From Auanema rhodensis (lineage: Eukaryota; Animalia; Nematoda): a stretch of DNA of 64,000 nt. The stretch lies in assembly GCA_964057225.1 (NCBI GenBank), contig CAXKVF010000078.1:620001-684000 (forward strand), given 5' to 3'. The position numbers and the translations under genes are program-made. Of this stretch, positions 1 to 12,673 are shown in pieces. Within the stretch, counting starts at the first letter, position 1. Every line of letters starts with the position of its first letter. The notes below the pieces were generated by a model, which did not search any database, was not told where the DNA came from, and was given only the letters and a program-made list of their open reading frames with translations.

Positions 1-11
1 ACCAAGTGCAC

Positions 12-19
12 ATCACGTG
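12..19 (+). promoter_or_regulatory. E-box/G-box CACGTG in ATCACGTG context (matches RTCACRTG); present in each monomer, first copy listed
   Basis: Bases 12-19 are atcacgtg. The motif match is seen directly; protein binding is unproven. Confidence 0.35.
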
Positions 20-51
20 TACATTTAATTAGCATAAATTAAAGTTCACGT
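15..51. repeat. Imperfect inverted repeat within the monomer (arms 15-30 and 37-51, 6-nt loop); first copy listed
   Basis: The left arm is acgtgtacatttaatt. The reverse complement of 37-51 is acgtgaactttaatt. They differ by one mismatch and one bulged base. Confidence 0.85.
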
Positions 52-62
52 AAATTTCAAAG

Positions 63-77
63 TCATGGTTACCATGA
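63..77. repeat. 15-bp interrupted palindrome TCATGGT-T-ACCATGA (contains a BstEII site); first copy listed
   Basis: The reverse complement of tcatggt (63-69) is accatga (71-77). Confidence 0.95.
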
Positions 78-155
78 ACCAATATCAATAAAAATTTGTT
101 TTTAGACTAATATGGACATGGGGAATCTAATTTTGAAAACCGCATCTCTTTATCT

Positions 156-165
156 TTCACGTGAA
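156..165. repeat. Perfect 10-bp palindrome TTCACGTGAA (second E-box of the monomer); first copy listed
   Basis: Bases 156-165 are ttcacgtgaa, which is self-complementary. Confidence 0.95.
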
Positions 166-3100
166 GCGAGTTACATACCAAGTGCACATCACGTGTACAT
201 TTAATTAGCATAAATTAAAGTTCACGTAAATTTCAAAGTCATGGTTACCATGAACCAATATCAATAAAAATTTGTTTTTAGACTAATATGGACATGGGGA
301 ATCTAATTTTGAAAACCGCATCTCTTTATCTTTCACGTGAAGCGAGTTACATACCAAGTGCACATCACGTGTACATTTAATTAGCATAAATTAAAGTTCA
401 CGTAAATTTCAAAGTCATGGTTACCATGAACCAATATCAATAAAAATTTGTTTTTAGACTAATATGGACATGGGGAATCTAATTTTGAAAACCGCATTTC
501 TTTATCTTTCACGTGAAGCGAGTTACATACCAAGTGCACATCACGTGTACATTTAATTAGCATAAATTAAAGTTCACGTAAATTTCAAAGTCATGGTTAC
601 CATGCACCAATAACAATAAAAATTAGTTTTTAGACTGATATGGACATGGGGAATCTAATTTTGAAAACCGCATCTCTTTATCTTTCACGTGAAGCGAGTT
701 ACATACCAAGTGCACATCACGTGTACATTTAATTAGCATAAATTAAAGTTCACGTAAATTTCAAAGTCATGGTTACCATGAACCAATATCAATAAAAATT
801 CGTTTTTAGACTAATATGGACATGGGGAATCTAATTTTGAAAACCGCATTTCTTTATCTTTCACGTGAAGCGAGTTACATACCAAGTGCACATCACGTGT
901 ACATTTAATTAGCATAAATTAAAGTTCACGTAAATTTCAAAGTCATGGTTACCATGCACCAATAACAATAAAAATTTGTTTTTAGACTGATATGGACATG
1001 GGGAATCTAATTTTGAAAACCGCATCTCTTTATCTTTCACGTGAAGCGAGTTACATACCAAGTGCACATCACGTGTACATTTAATTAGCATAAATTAAAG
1101 TTCACGTAAATTTCAAAGTCATGGTTACCATGCACCAATAACAATAAAAATTTGTTTTTAGACTGATATGGACATGGGGAATCTAATTTTGAAAACCGCA
1201 TCTCTTTATCTTTCACGTGAAGCGAGTTACATACCAAGTGCACATCACGTGTACATTTAATTAGCATAAATTAAAGTTCACGTAAATTTCAAAGTCATGG
1301 TTACCATGAACCAATATCAATAAAAATTTGTTTTTAGACTAATATGGACATGGGGAATCTAATTTTGAAAACCGCATCTCTTTATCTTTCACGTGAAGCG
1401 AGTTACATACCAAGTGCACATCACGTGTACATTTAATTAGCATAAATTAAAGTTCACGTAAATTTCAAAGTCATGGTTACCATGAACCAATATCAATAAA
1501 AATTTGTTTTTAGACTAATATGGACATGGGGAATCTAATTTTGAAAACCGCATCTCTTTATCTTTCACGTGAAGCGAGTTACATACCAAGTGCACATCAC
1601 GTGTACATTTAATTAGCATAAATTAAAGTTCACGTAAATTTCAAAGTCATGGTTACCATGAACCAATATCAATAAAAATTTGTTTTTAGACTAATATGGA
1701 CATGGGGAATCTAATTTTGAAAACCGCATTTCTTTATCTTTCACGTGAAGCGAGTTACATACCAAGTGCACATCACGTGTACATTTAATTAGCATAAATT
1801 AAAGTTCACGTAAATTTCAAAGTCATGGTTACCATGAACCAATATCAATAAAAATTTGTTTTTAGACTAATATGGACATGGGGAATGTAATTTTGAAAAC
1901 CGCATCTCTTTATCTTTCACGTGAAGCGAGTTACATACCAAGTGCACATCACGTGTACATTTAATTAGCATAAATTAAAGTTCACGTAAAATTCAAAGTC
2001 ATGGTTACCATGCACCAATATCAATAAAAATTTGTTTTTAGACTAATATGGACATGGGGAATCTAATTTTGAAAACCGCATCTCTTTATCTTTCACGTGA
2101 AGCGAGTTACATACCAAGTGCACATCACGTGTACATTTAATTAGCATAAATTAAAGTTCACGTAAATTTCAAAGTCATGGTTACCATGAACCAATATCAA
2201 TAAAAATTTGTTTTTAGACTAATATGGACATGGGGAATCTAATTTTGAAAACCGCATCTCTTTATCTTTCACGTGAAGCGAGTTACATACCAAGTGCACA
2301 TCACGTGTACATTTAATTAGCATAAATTAAAGTTCACGTAAATTTCAAAGTCATGGTTACCATGAAGCAATATCAATAAAAATTTGTTTTTAGACTAATA
2401 TGGACATGGGGAATCTAATTTTGAAAACCGCATCTCTTTATCTTTCACGTGAAGCGAGTTACATACCAAGTGCACATCACGTGTACATTTAATTAGCATA
2501 AATTAAAGTTCACGTAAAATTCAAAGTCATGGTTACCATGCACCAATATCAATAAAAATTTGTTTTTAGACTAATATGGACATGGGGAATTTAATTTTGA
2601 AAACCGCATCTCTTTATCTTTCACGTGAAGCGAGTTACATACCAAGTGCACATCACGTGTACATTTAATTAGCATAAATTAAAGTTCACGTAAATTTCAA
2701 AGTCATGGTTACCATGCACCAATATCAATAAAAATTTGTTTTTAGACTAATATGGACATGGGGAATCTAATTTTGAAAACCGCATCTCTTTATCTTTCAC
2801 GTGAAGCGAGTTACATACCAAGTGCACATCACGTGTACATTTAATTAGCATAAATTAAAGTTCACGTAAATTTCAAAGTCATGGTTACCATGAACCAATA
2901 TCAATAAAAATTTGTTTTTAGACTAATATGGACATGGGGAATCTAATTTTGAAAACCGCATCTCTTTATCTTTCACGTGAAGCGAGTTACATACCAAGTG
3001 CACATCACGTGTACATTTAATTAGCATAAATTAAAGTTCACGTAAATTTCAAAGTCATGGTTACCATGAAGCAATATCAATAAAAATTTGTTTTTAGACT

Positions 3101-4048
3101 AATATGGACATGGGGAATCTAATTTTGAAAACCGCATCTCTTTATCTTTCACGTGAAGCGAGTTACATACCAAGTGCACATCACGTGTACATTTAATTAG
3201 CATAAATTAAAGTTCACGTAAATTTCAAAGTCATGGTTACCATGCACCAATATCAATAAAAATTTGTTTTTAGACTGATATGGACATGGGGAATCTAATT
3301 TTGAAAACCGCATCTCTTTATCTTTCACGTGAAGCGAGTTACATACCAAGTGCACATCACGTGTACATTTAATTAGCATAAATTAAAGTTCACGTAAATT
3401 TCAAAGTCATGGTTACCATGAACCAATATCAATAAAAATTTGTTTTTAGACTGATATGGACATGGGGAATCTAATTTTGAAAACCGCATCTCTTTATCTT
3501 TCACGTGAAGCGAGTTACATATCAAGTGCACATCACGTGTACATTTAATTAGCATAAATTAAAGTTCACGTAAATTTCAAAGTCATGGTTACCATGAACC
3601 AATATCAATAAAAATTTGTTTTTAGACTAATATGGACATGGGGAATCTAATTTTGAAAACCGCATCTCTTTATCTTTCACGTGAAGCGAGTTACATACCA
3701 AGTGCACATCACGTGTACATTTAATTAGCATAAATTAAAGTTCACGTAAATTTCAAAGTCATGGTTACCATGAACCAATATCAATAAAAATTTGTTTTTA
3801 GACTAATATGGACATGGGGAATCTAATTTTGAAAACCGCATTTCTTTATCTTTCACGTGAAGCGAGTTACATACCAAGTGCACATCACGTGTACATTTAA
3901 TTAGCATAAATTAAAGTTCACGTAAAATTCAAAGTCATGGTTACCATGCACCAATATCAATAAAAATTTGTTTTTAGACTAATATGGACATGGGGAATCT
4001 AATTTTGAAAACCGCATCTCTTTATCTTTCACGTGAAGCGAGTTACAT

Positions 4049-7000
4049 ACCAAGTGCACATCACGTGTACATTTAATTAGCATAAATTAAAGTTCACGTA
4101 AATTTCAAAGTCATGGTTACCATGAACCAATATCAATAAAAATTTGTTTTTAGACTAATATGGACATGGGGAATCTAATTTTGAAAACCGCATCTCTTTA
4201 TCTTTCACGTGAAGCGAGTTACATATCAAGTGCACATCACGTGTACATTTAATTAGCATAAATTAAAGTTCACGTAAATTTCAAAGTCATGGTTACCATG
4301 AACCAATATCAATAAAAATTTGTTTTTAGACTAATATGGACATGGGGAATCTAATTTTGAAAACCGCATTTCTTTATCTTTCACGTGAAGCGAGTTACAT
4401 ACCAAGTGCACATCACGTGTACATTTAATTAGCATAAATTAAAGTTCACGTAAAATTCAAAGTCATGGTTACCATGCACCAATATCAATAAAAATTTGTT
4501 TTTAGACTAATATGGACATGGGGAATCTAATTTTGAAAACCGCATCTCTTTATCTTTCACGTGAAGCGAGTTACATACCAAGTGCACATCACGTGTACAT
4601 TTAATTAGCATGAATTAAAGTTCACGTAAAATTCAAAGTCATGGTTACCATGCACCAATATCAATAAAAATTTGTTTTTAGACTAATATGGACATGGGGA
4701 ATCTAATTTTGAAAACCGCATCTCTTTATCTTTCACGTGAAGCGAGTTACATACCAAGTGCACATCACGTGTACATTTAATTAGCATAAATTAAAGTTCA
4801 CGTAAATTTCAAAGTCATGGTTACCATGCACCAATATCAATAAAAATTTGTTTTTAGACTAATATGGACATGGGGAATCTAATTTTGAAAACCGCATCTC
4901 TTTATCTTTCACGTGAAGCGAGTTACATACCAAGTGCACATCACGTGTACATTTAATTAGCATAAATTAAAGTTCACGTAAATTTCAAAGTCATGGTTAC
5001 CATGAACCAATATCAATAAAAATTTGTTTTTAGACTAATATGGACATGGGGAATCTAATTTTGAAAACCGCATCTCTTTATCTTTCACGTGAAGCGAGTT
5101 ACATACCAAGTGCACATCACGTGTACATTTAATTAGCATAAATTAAAGTTCACGTAAATTTCAAAGTCATGGTTACCATGCACCAATATCAATAAAAATT
5201 TGTTTTTAGACTGATATGGACATGGGGAATCTAATTTTGAAAACCGCATCTCTTTATCTTTCACGTGAAGCGAGTTACATACCAAGTGCACATCACGTGT
5301 ACATTTAATTAGCATAAATTAAAGTTCACGTAAATTTCAAAGTCATGGTTACCATGAACCAATATCAATAAAAATTTGTTTTTAGACTAATATGGACATG
5401 GGGAATCTAATTTTGAAAACCGCATCTCTTTATCTTTCACGTGAAGCGAGTTACATACCAAGTGCACATCACGTGTACATTTAATTAGCATAAATTAAAG
5501 TTCACGTAAATTTCAAAGTCATGGTTACCATGAACCAATATCAATAAAAATTTGTTTTTAGACTAATATGGACATGGGGAATCTAATTTTGAAAACCGCA
5601 TCTCTTTATCTTTCACGTGAAGCGAGTTACATACCAAGTGCACATCACGTGTACATTTAATTAGCATAAATTAAAGTTCACGTAAATTTCAAAGTCATGG
5701 TTACCATGAAGCAATATCAATAAAAATTTGTTTTTAGACTAATATGGACATGGGGAATCTAATTTTGAAAACCGCATCTCTTTATCTTTCACGTGAAGCG
5801 AGTTACATACCAAGTGCACATCACGTGTACATTTAATTAGCATAAATTAAAGTTCACGTAAATTTCAAAGTCATGGTTACCATGCACCAATATCAATAAA
5901 AATTTGTTTTTAGACTGATATGGACATGGGGAATCTAATTTTGAAAACCGCATCTCTTTATCTTTCACGTGAAGCGAGTTACATACCAAGTGCACATCAC
6001 GTGTACATTTAATTAGCATAAATTAAAGTTCACGTAAATTTCAAAGTCATGGTTACCATGAACCAATATCAATAAAAATTTGTTTTTAGACTAATATGGA
6101 CATGGGGAATCTAATTTTGAAAACCGCATCTCTTTATCTTTCACGTGAAGCGAGTTACATACCAAGTGCACATCACGTGTACATTTAATTAGCATAAATT
6201 AAAGTTCACGTAAATTTCAAAGTCATGGTTACCATGAACCAATATCAATAAAAATTTGTTTTTAGACTAATATGGACATGGGGAATCTAATTTTGAAAAC
6301 CGCATTTCTTTATCTTTCACGTGAAGCGAGTTACATACCAAGTGCACATCACGTGTACATTTAATTAGAATAAATTAAAGTTCACGTAAATTTCAAAGTC
6401 ATGGTTACCATGAACCAATATCAATAAAAATTTGTTTTTAGACTAATATGGACATGGGGAATCTAATTTTGAAAACCGCATCTCTTTATCTTTCACGTGA
6501 AGCGAGTTACATACCAAGTGCACATCACGTGTACATTCAATTAGCATAAATTAAAGTTCACGTAAATTTCAAAGTCATGGTTACCATGCACCAATATCAA
6601 TAAAAATTTGTTTTTAGACTAATATGGACATGGGGAATCTAATTTTGAAAACCGCATCTCTTTATCTTTCACGTGAAGCGAGTTACATACCAAGTGCACA
6701 TCACGTGTACATTTAATTAGCATAAATTAATGTTCACGTAAATTTCAAAGTCATGGTTACCATGAACCAATATCAATAAAAATTTGTTTTTAGACTAATA
6801 TGGACATGGGGCATCTAATTTTGAAAACCGCATCTCTTTATCTTTCACGTGAAGCGAGTTACATACCAAGTGCACATCACGTGTACATTTAATTAGCATA
6901 AATTAAAGTTCACGTAAATTTCAAAGTCATGGTTACCATGAACCAATATCAATAAAAATTTGTTTTTAGACTAATATGGACATGGGGAATCTAATTTTGA

Positions 7001-9680
7001 AAACCGCATCTCTTTATCTTTCACGTGAAGCGAGTTACATACCAAGTGCACATCACGTGTACATTTAATTAGCATAAATTAAAGTTCACGTAAATTTCAA
7101 AGTCATGGTTACCATGAACCAATATCAATAAAAATTTGTTTTTAGACTAATATGGACATGGGGAATCTAATTTTGAAAACCGCATCTCTTTATCTTTCAC
7201 GTGAAGCGAGTTACATATCAAGTGCACATCACGTGTACATTTAATTAGCATAAATTAAAGTTCACGTAAATTTCAAAGTCATGGTTACCATGAACCAATA
7301 TCAATAAAAATTTGTTTTTAGACTAATATGGACATGGGGAATCTAATTTTGAAAACCGCATTTCTTTATCTTTCACGTGAAGCGAGTTACATACCAAGTG
7401 CACATCACGTGTACATTTAATTAGCATAAATTAAAGTTCACGTAAAATTCAAAGTCATGGTTACCATGCACCAATATCAATAAAAATTTGTTTTTAGACT
7501 AATATGGACATGGGGAATCTAATTTTGAAAACCGCATCTCTTTATCTTTCACGTGAAGCGAGTTACATACCAAGTGCACATCACGTGTACATTTAATTAG
7601 CATGAATTAAAGTTCACGTAAAATTCAAAGTCATGGTTACCATGCACCAATATCAATAAAAATTTGTTTTTAGACTAATATGGACATGGGGAATCTAATT
7701 TTGAAAACCGCATCTCTTTATCTTTCACGTGAAGCGAGTTACATACCAAGTGCACATCACGTGTACATTTAATTAGCATAAATTAAAGTTCACGTAAATT
7801 TCAAAGTCATGGTTACCATGCACCAATATCAATAAAAATTTGTTTTTAGACTAATATGGACATGGGGAATCTAATTTTGAAAACCGCATCTCTTTATCTT
7901 TCACGTGAAGCGAGTTACATACCAAGTGCACATCACGTGTACATTTAATTAGCATAAATTAAAGTTCACGTAAATTTCAAAGTCATGGTTACCATGAACC
8001 AATATCAATAAAAATTTGTTTTTAGACTAATATGGACATGGGGAATCTAATTTTGAAAACCGCATCTCTTTATCTTTCACGTGAAGCGAGTTACATACCA
8101 AGTGCACATCACGTGTACATTTAATTAGCATAAATTAAAGTTCACGTAAATTTCAAAGTCATAGTTACCATGCACCAATATCAATAAAAATTTGTTTTTA
8201 GACTGATATGGACATGAGGAATCTAATTTTGAAAACCGCATCTCTTTATCTTTCACGTGAAGCGAGTTACATACCAAGTGCACATCACGTGTACATTTAA
8301 TTAGCATAAATTAAAGTTCACGTAAATTTCAAAGTCATGGTTACCATGAACCAATATCAATAAAAATTTGTTTTTAGACTAATATGGACATGGGGAATCT
8401 AATTTTGAAAACCGCATCTCTTTATCTTTCACGTGAAGCGAGTTACATACCAAGTGCACATCACGTGTACATTTAATTAGCATAAATTAAAGTTCACGTA
8501 AATTTCAAAGTCATGGTTACCATGAACCAATATCAATAAAAATTTGTTTTTAGACTAATATGGACATGGGGAATCTAATTTTGAAAACCGCATCTCTTTA
8601 TCTTTCACGTGAAGCGAGTTACATACCAAGTGCACATCACGTGTACATTTAATTAGCATAAATTAAAGTTCACGTAAATTTCAAAGTCATGGTTACCATG
8701 AACCAATATCAATAAAAATTTGTTTTTAGACTAATATGGACATGGGGAATCTAATTTTGAAAACCGCATCTCTTTATCTTTCACGTGAAGCGAGTTACAT
8801 ACCAAGTGCACATCACGTGTACATTTAATTAGCATAAATTAAAGTTCACGTAAATTTCAAAGTCATGGTTACCATGAACCAATATCAATAAAAATTTGTT
8901 TTTAGACTAATATGGACATGGGGAATCTAATTTTGAAAACCGCATCTCTTTATCTTTCACGTGAAGCGAGTTACATACCAAGTGCACATCACGTGTACAT
9001 TTAATTAGCATAAATTAAAGTTCACGTAAATTTCAAAGTCATGGTTACCATGAAGCAATATCAATAAAAATTTGTTTTTAGACTAATATGGACATGGGGA
9101 ATCTAATTTTGAAAACCGCATCTCTTTATCTTTCACGTGAAGCGAGTTACATACCAAGTGCACATCACGTGTACATTTAATTAGCATAAATTAAAGTTCA
9201 CGTAAACTTCAAAGTCATGGTTACCATGAAGCAATATCAATAAAAATTTGTTTTTAGACTAATATGGACATGGGGAATCTAATTTTGAAAACCGCATTTC
9301 TTTATCTTTCACGTGAAGCGAGTTACATACCAAGTGCACATCACGTGTACATTTAATTAGAATAAATTAAAGTTCACGTAAATTTCAAAGTCATGGTTAC
9401 CATGAACCAATATCAATAAAAATTTGTTTTTAGACTAATATGGACATGGGGAATCTAATTTTGAAAACCGCATCTCTTTATCTTTCACGTGAAGCGAGTT
9501 ACATACCAAGTGCACATCACGTGTACATTCAATTAGCATAAATTAAAGTTCACGTAAATTTCAAAGTCATGGTTACCATGCACCAATATCAATAAAAATT
9601 TGTTTTTAGACTAATATGGACATGGGGAATCTAATTTTGAAAACCGCATCTCTTTATCTTTCACGTGAAGCGAGTTACAT
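4049..9680 (+). repeat. Higher-order duplication with 17-monomer (2992-bp) period: 4049-6688 vs 7041-9680
   Basis: Rare variants recur at offset 2992: catatcaag 4226/7218, catttct 4370/7362, catgaatt 4612/7604, ctgat 5213/8205, attagaat 6369/9361, acattcaa 6538/9530. A few central monomers differ. Confidence 0.8.
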
Positions 9681-12673
9681 ACCAAGTGCACATCACGTGT
9701 ACATTTAATTAGCATAAATTAAAGTTCACGTAAACTTCAAAGTCATGGTTACCATGAACCAATATCAATAAAAATTTGTTTTTAGACTAATATGGACATG
9801 GGGAATCTAATTTTGAAAACCGCATCTCTTTATCTTTCACGTGAAGCGAGTTACATACCAAGTGCACATCACGTGTACATTTAATTAGCATAAATTAAAG
9901 TTCACGTAAATTTCAAAGTCATGGTTACCATGAAGCAATATCAATAAAAATTTGTTTTTAGACTAATATGGACATGGGGAATCTAATTTTGAAAACCGCA
10001 TCTCTTTATCTTTCACGTGAAGCGAGTTACATACCAAGTGCACATCACGTGTACATTTAATTAGCATAAATTAAAGTTCACGTAAATTTCAAAGTCATGG
10101 TTACCATGAACCAATATCAATAAAAATTTGTTTTTAGACTAATATGGACATGGGGAATCTAATTTTGAAAACCGCATCTCTTTATCTTTCACGTGAAGCG
10201 AGTTACATACCAAGTGCACATCACGTGTACATTTAATTAGCATAAATTAAAGTTCACGTAAACTTCAAAGTCATGGTTACCATGAAGCAATATCAATAAA
10301 AATTTGTTTTTAGACTAATATGGACATGGGGAATCTAATTTTGAAAACCGCATCTCTTTATCTTTCACGTGAAGCGAGTTACATACCAAGTGCACATCAC
10401 GTGTACATTTAATTAGCATAAATTAAAGTTCACGTAAACTTCAAAGTCATGGTTACCATGAAGCAATATCAATAAAAATTTGTTTTTAGACTAATATGGA
10501 CATGGGGAATCTAATTTTGAAAACCGCATCTCTTTATCTTTCACGTGAAGCGAGTTACATACCAAGTGCACATCACGTGTACATTTAATTAGCATAAATT
10601 AAAGTTCACGTAAACTTCAAAGTCATGGTTACCATGAAGCAATATCAATAAAAATTTGTTTTTAGACTAATATGGACATGGGGAATCTAATTTTGAAAAC
10701 CGCATCTCTTTATCTTTCACGTGAAGCGAGTTACATACCAAGTGCACATCACGTGTACATTTAATTAGCATAAATTAAAGTTCACGTAAATTTCAAAGTC
10801 ATGGTTACCATGAACCAATATCAATAAAAATTTGTTTTTAGACTAATATGGACATGGGGAATCTAATTTTGAAAACCGCATCTCTTTATCTTTCACGTGA
10901 AGCGAGTTACATACCAAGTGCACATCACGTGTACATTTAATTAGCATAAATTAAAGTTCACGTAAACTTCAAAGTCATGGTTACCATGAAGCAATATCAA
11001 TAAAAATTTGTTTTTAGACTAATATGGACATGGGGAATCTAATTTTGAAAACCGCATCTCTTTATCTTTCACGTGAAGCGAGTTACATACCAAGTGCACA
11101 TCACGTGTACATTTAATTAGCATAAATTAAAGTTCACGTAAACTTCAAAGTCATGGTTACCATGAAGCAATATCAATAAAAATTTGTTTTTAGACTAATA
11201 TGGACATGGGGAATCTAATTTTGAAAACCGCATCTCTTTATCTTTCACGTGAAGCGAGTTACATACCAAGTGCACATCACGTGTACATTTAATTAGCATA
11301 AATTAAAGTTCACGTAAATTTCAAAGTCATGGTTACCACGAACCAATATCAATAAAAATTTGTTTTTAGACTAATATGGACATGGGGAATCTAATTTTGA
11401 AAACCGCATCTCTTTATCTTTCACGTGAAGCGAGTTACATACCAAGTGCACATCACGTGTACATTTAATTAGCATAAATTAAAGTTCACGTAAATTTCAA
11501 AGTCATGGTTACCATGAACCAATATCAATAAAAATTTGTTTTTAGACTAATATGGACATGGGGAATCTAATTTTGAAAACCGCATCTCTTTATCTTTCAC
11601 GTGAAGCGAGTTACATACCAAGTGCACATCACGTGTACATTTAATTAGCATAAATTAAAGTTCACGTAAATTTCAAAGTCATGGTTACCATGCACCAATA
11701 TCAATAAAAATTTGTTTTTAGACTAATATGGACATGGGGAATCTAATTTTGAAAACCGCATCTCTTTATCTTTCACGTGAAGCGAGTTACATACCAAGTG
11801 CACATCACGTGTACATTTAATTAGCATAAATTAAAGTTCACGTAAATTTCAAAGTCATGGTTACCATGAACTAATATCAATAAAAATTTGTTTTTAGACT
11901 AATATGGACATGGGGAATCTAATTTTGAAAACCGCATCTCTTTATCTTTCACGTGAAGCGAGTTACATACCAAGTGCACATCACGTGTACATTTAATTAG
12001 CATAAATTAAAGTTCACGTAAATTTCAAAGTCATGGTTACCATGAACCAATATCAATAAAAATTTGTTTTTAGACTAATATGGACATGGGGAATCTAATT
12101 TTGAAAACCGCATCTCTTTATCTTTCACGTGAAGCGAGTTACATACCAAGTGCACATCACGTGTACATTTAATTAGCATAAATTAAAGTTCACGTAAATT
12201 TCAAAGTCATGGTTACCATGAACCAATATCAATAAAAAATTTGTTTTTAGACTAATATGGACATGGGGAATCTAATTTTGAAAACCGCATCTCTTTATCT
12301 TTCACGTGAAGCGAGTTACATACCAAGTGCACATCACGTGTACATTTAATTAGCATAAATTAAAGTTCACGTAAATTTCAAAGTCATGGTTACCATGAAC
12401 CAATATCAATAAAAATTTGTTTTTAGACTAATATGGACATGGGGAATCTAATTTTGAAAACCGCATCTCTTTATCTTTCACGTGAAGCGAGTTACATACC
12501 AAGTGCACATCACGTGTACATTTAATTAGCATAAATTAAAGTTCACGTAAATTTCAAAGTCATGGTTACCATGAACCAATATCAATAAAAATTTGTTTTT
12601 AGACTAATATGGACATGGGGAATCTAATTTTGAAAACCGCATCTCTTTATCTTTCACGTGAAGCGAGTTACAT

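Noticed and set aside
87-105. AATAAA poly(A) signal and ttgtttttag splice-acceptor-like motif in each monomer
   Set aside because: Both are expected by chance in 68% AT sequence, and there is no gene context.
12-140. Budding-yeast-type point centromere (CDEI-CDEII-CDEIII)
   Set aside because: The CDEI-like octamer is present, but the following DNA is not a >90% AT CDEII, there is no CDEIII CCGAA core, and point centromeres are not tandemly arrayed.
1-176. Identity with known 171-178-bp satellites (Brassica CentBr, Arabidopsis CEN178, honeybee AluI, primate alpha satellite)
   Set aside because: Only the length is similar. There is no HindIII or AluI site, no CENP-B box (TTCG....A..CGGG), and no sequence I recognise. 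A database search is needed.
1-176. Tandem 5S rRNA, tRNA, snRNA or spliced-leader gene array
   Set aside because: I could not find 5S or tRNA conserved motifs, Pol III A/B/C boxes or a cloverleaf. An Infernal/Rfam scan would settle it.
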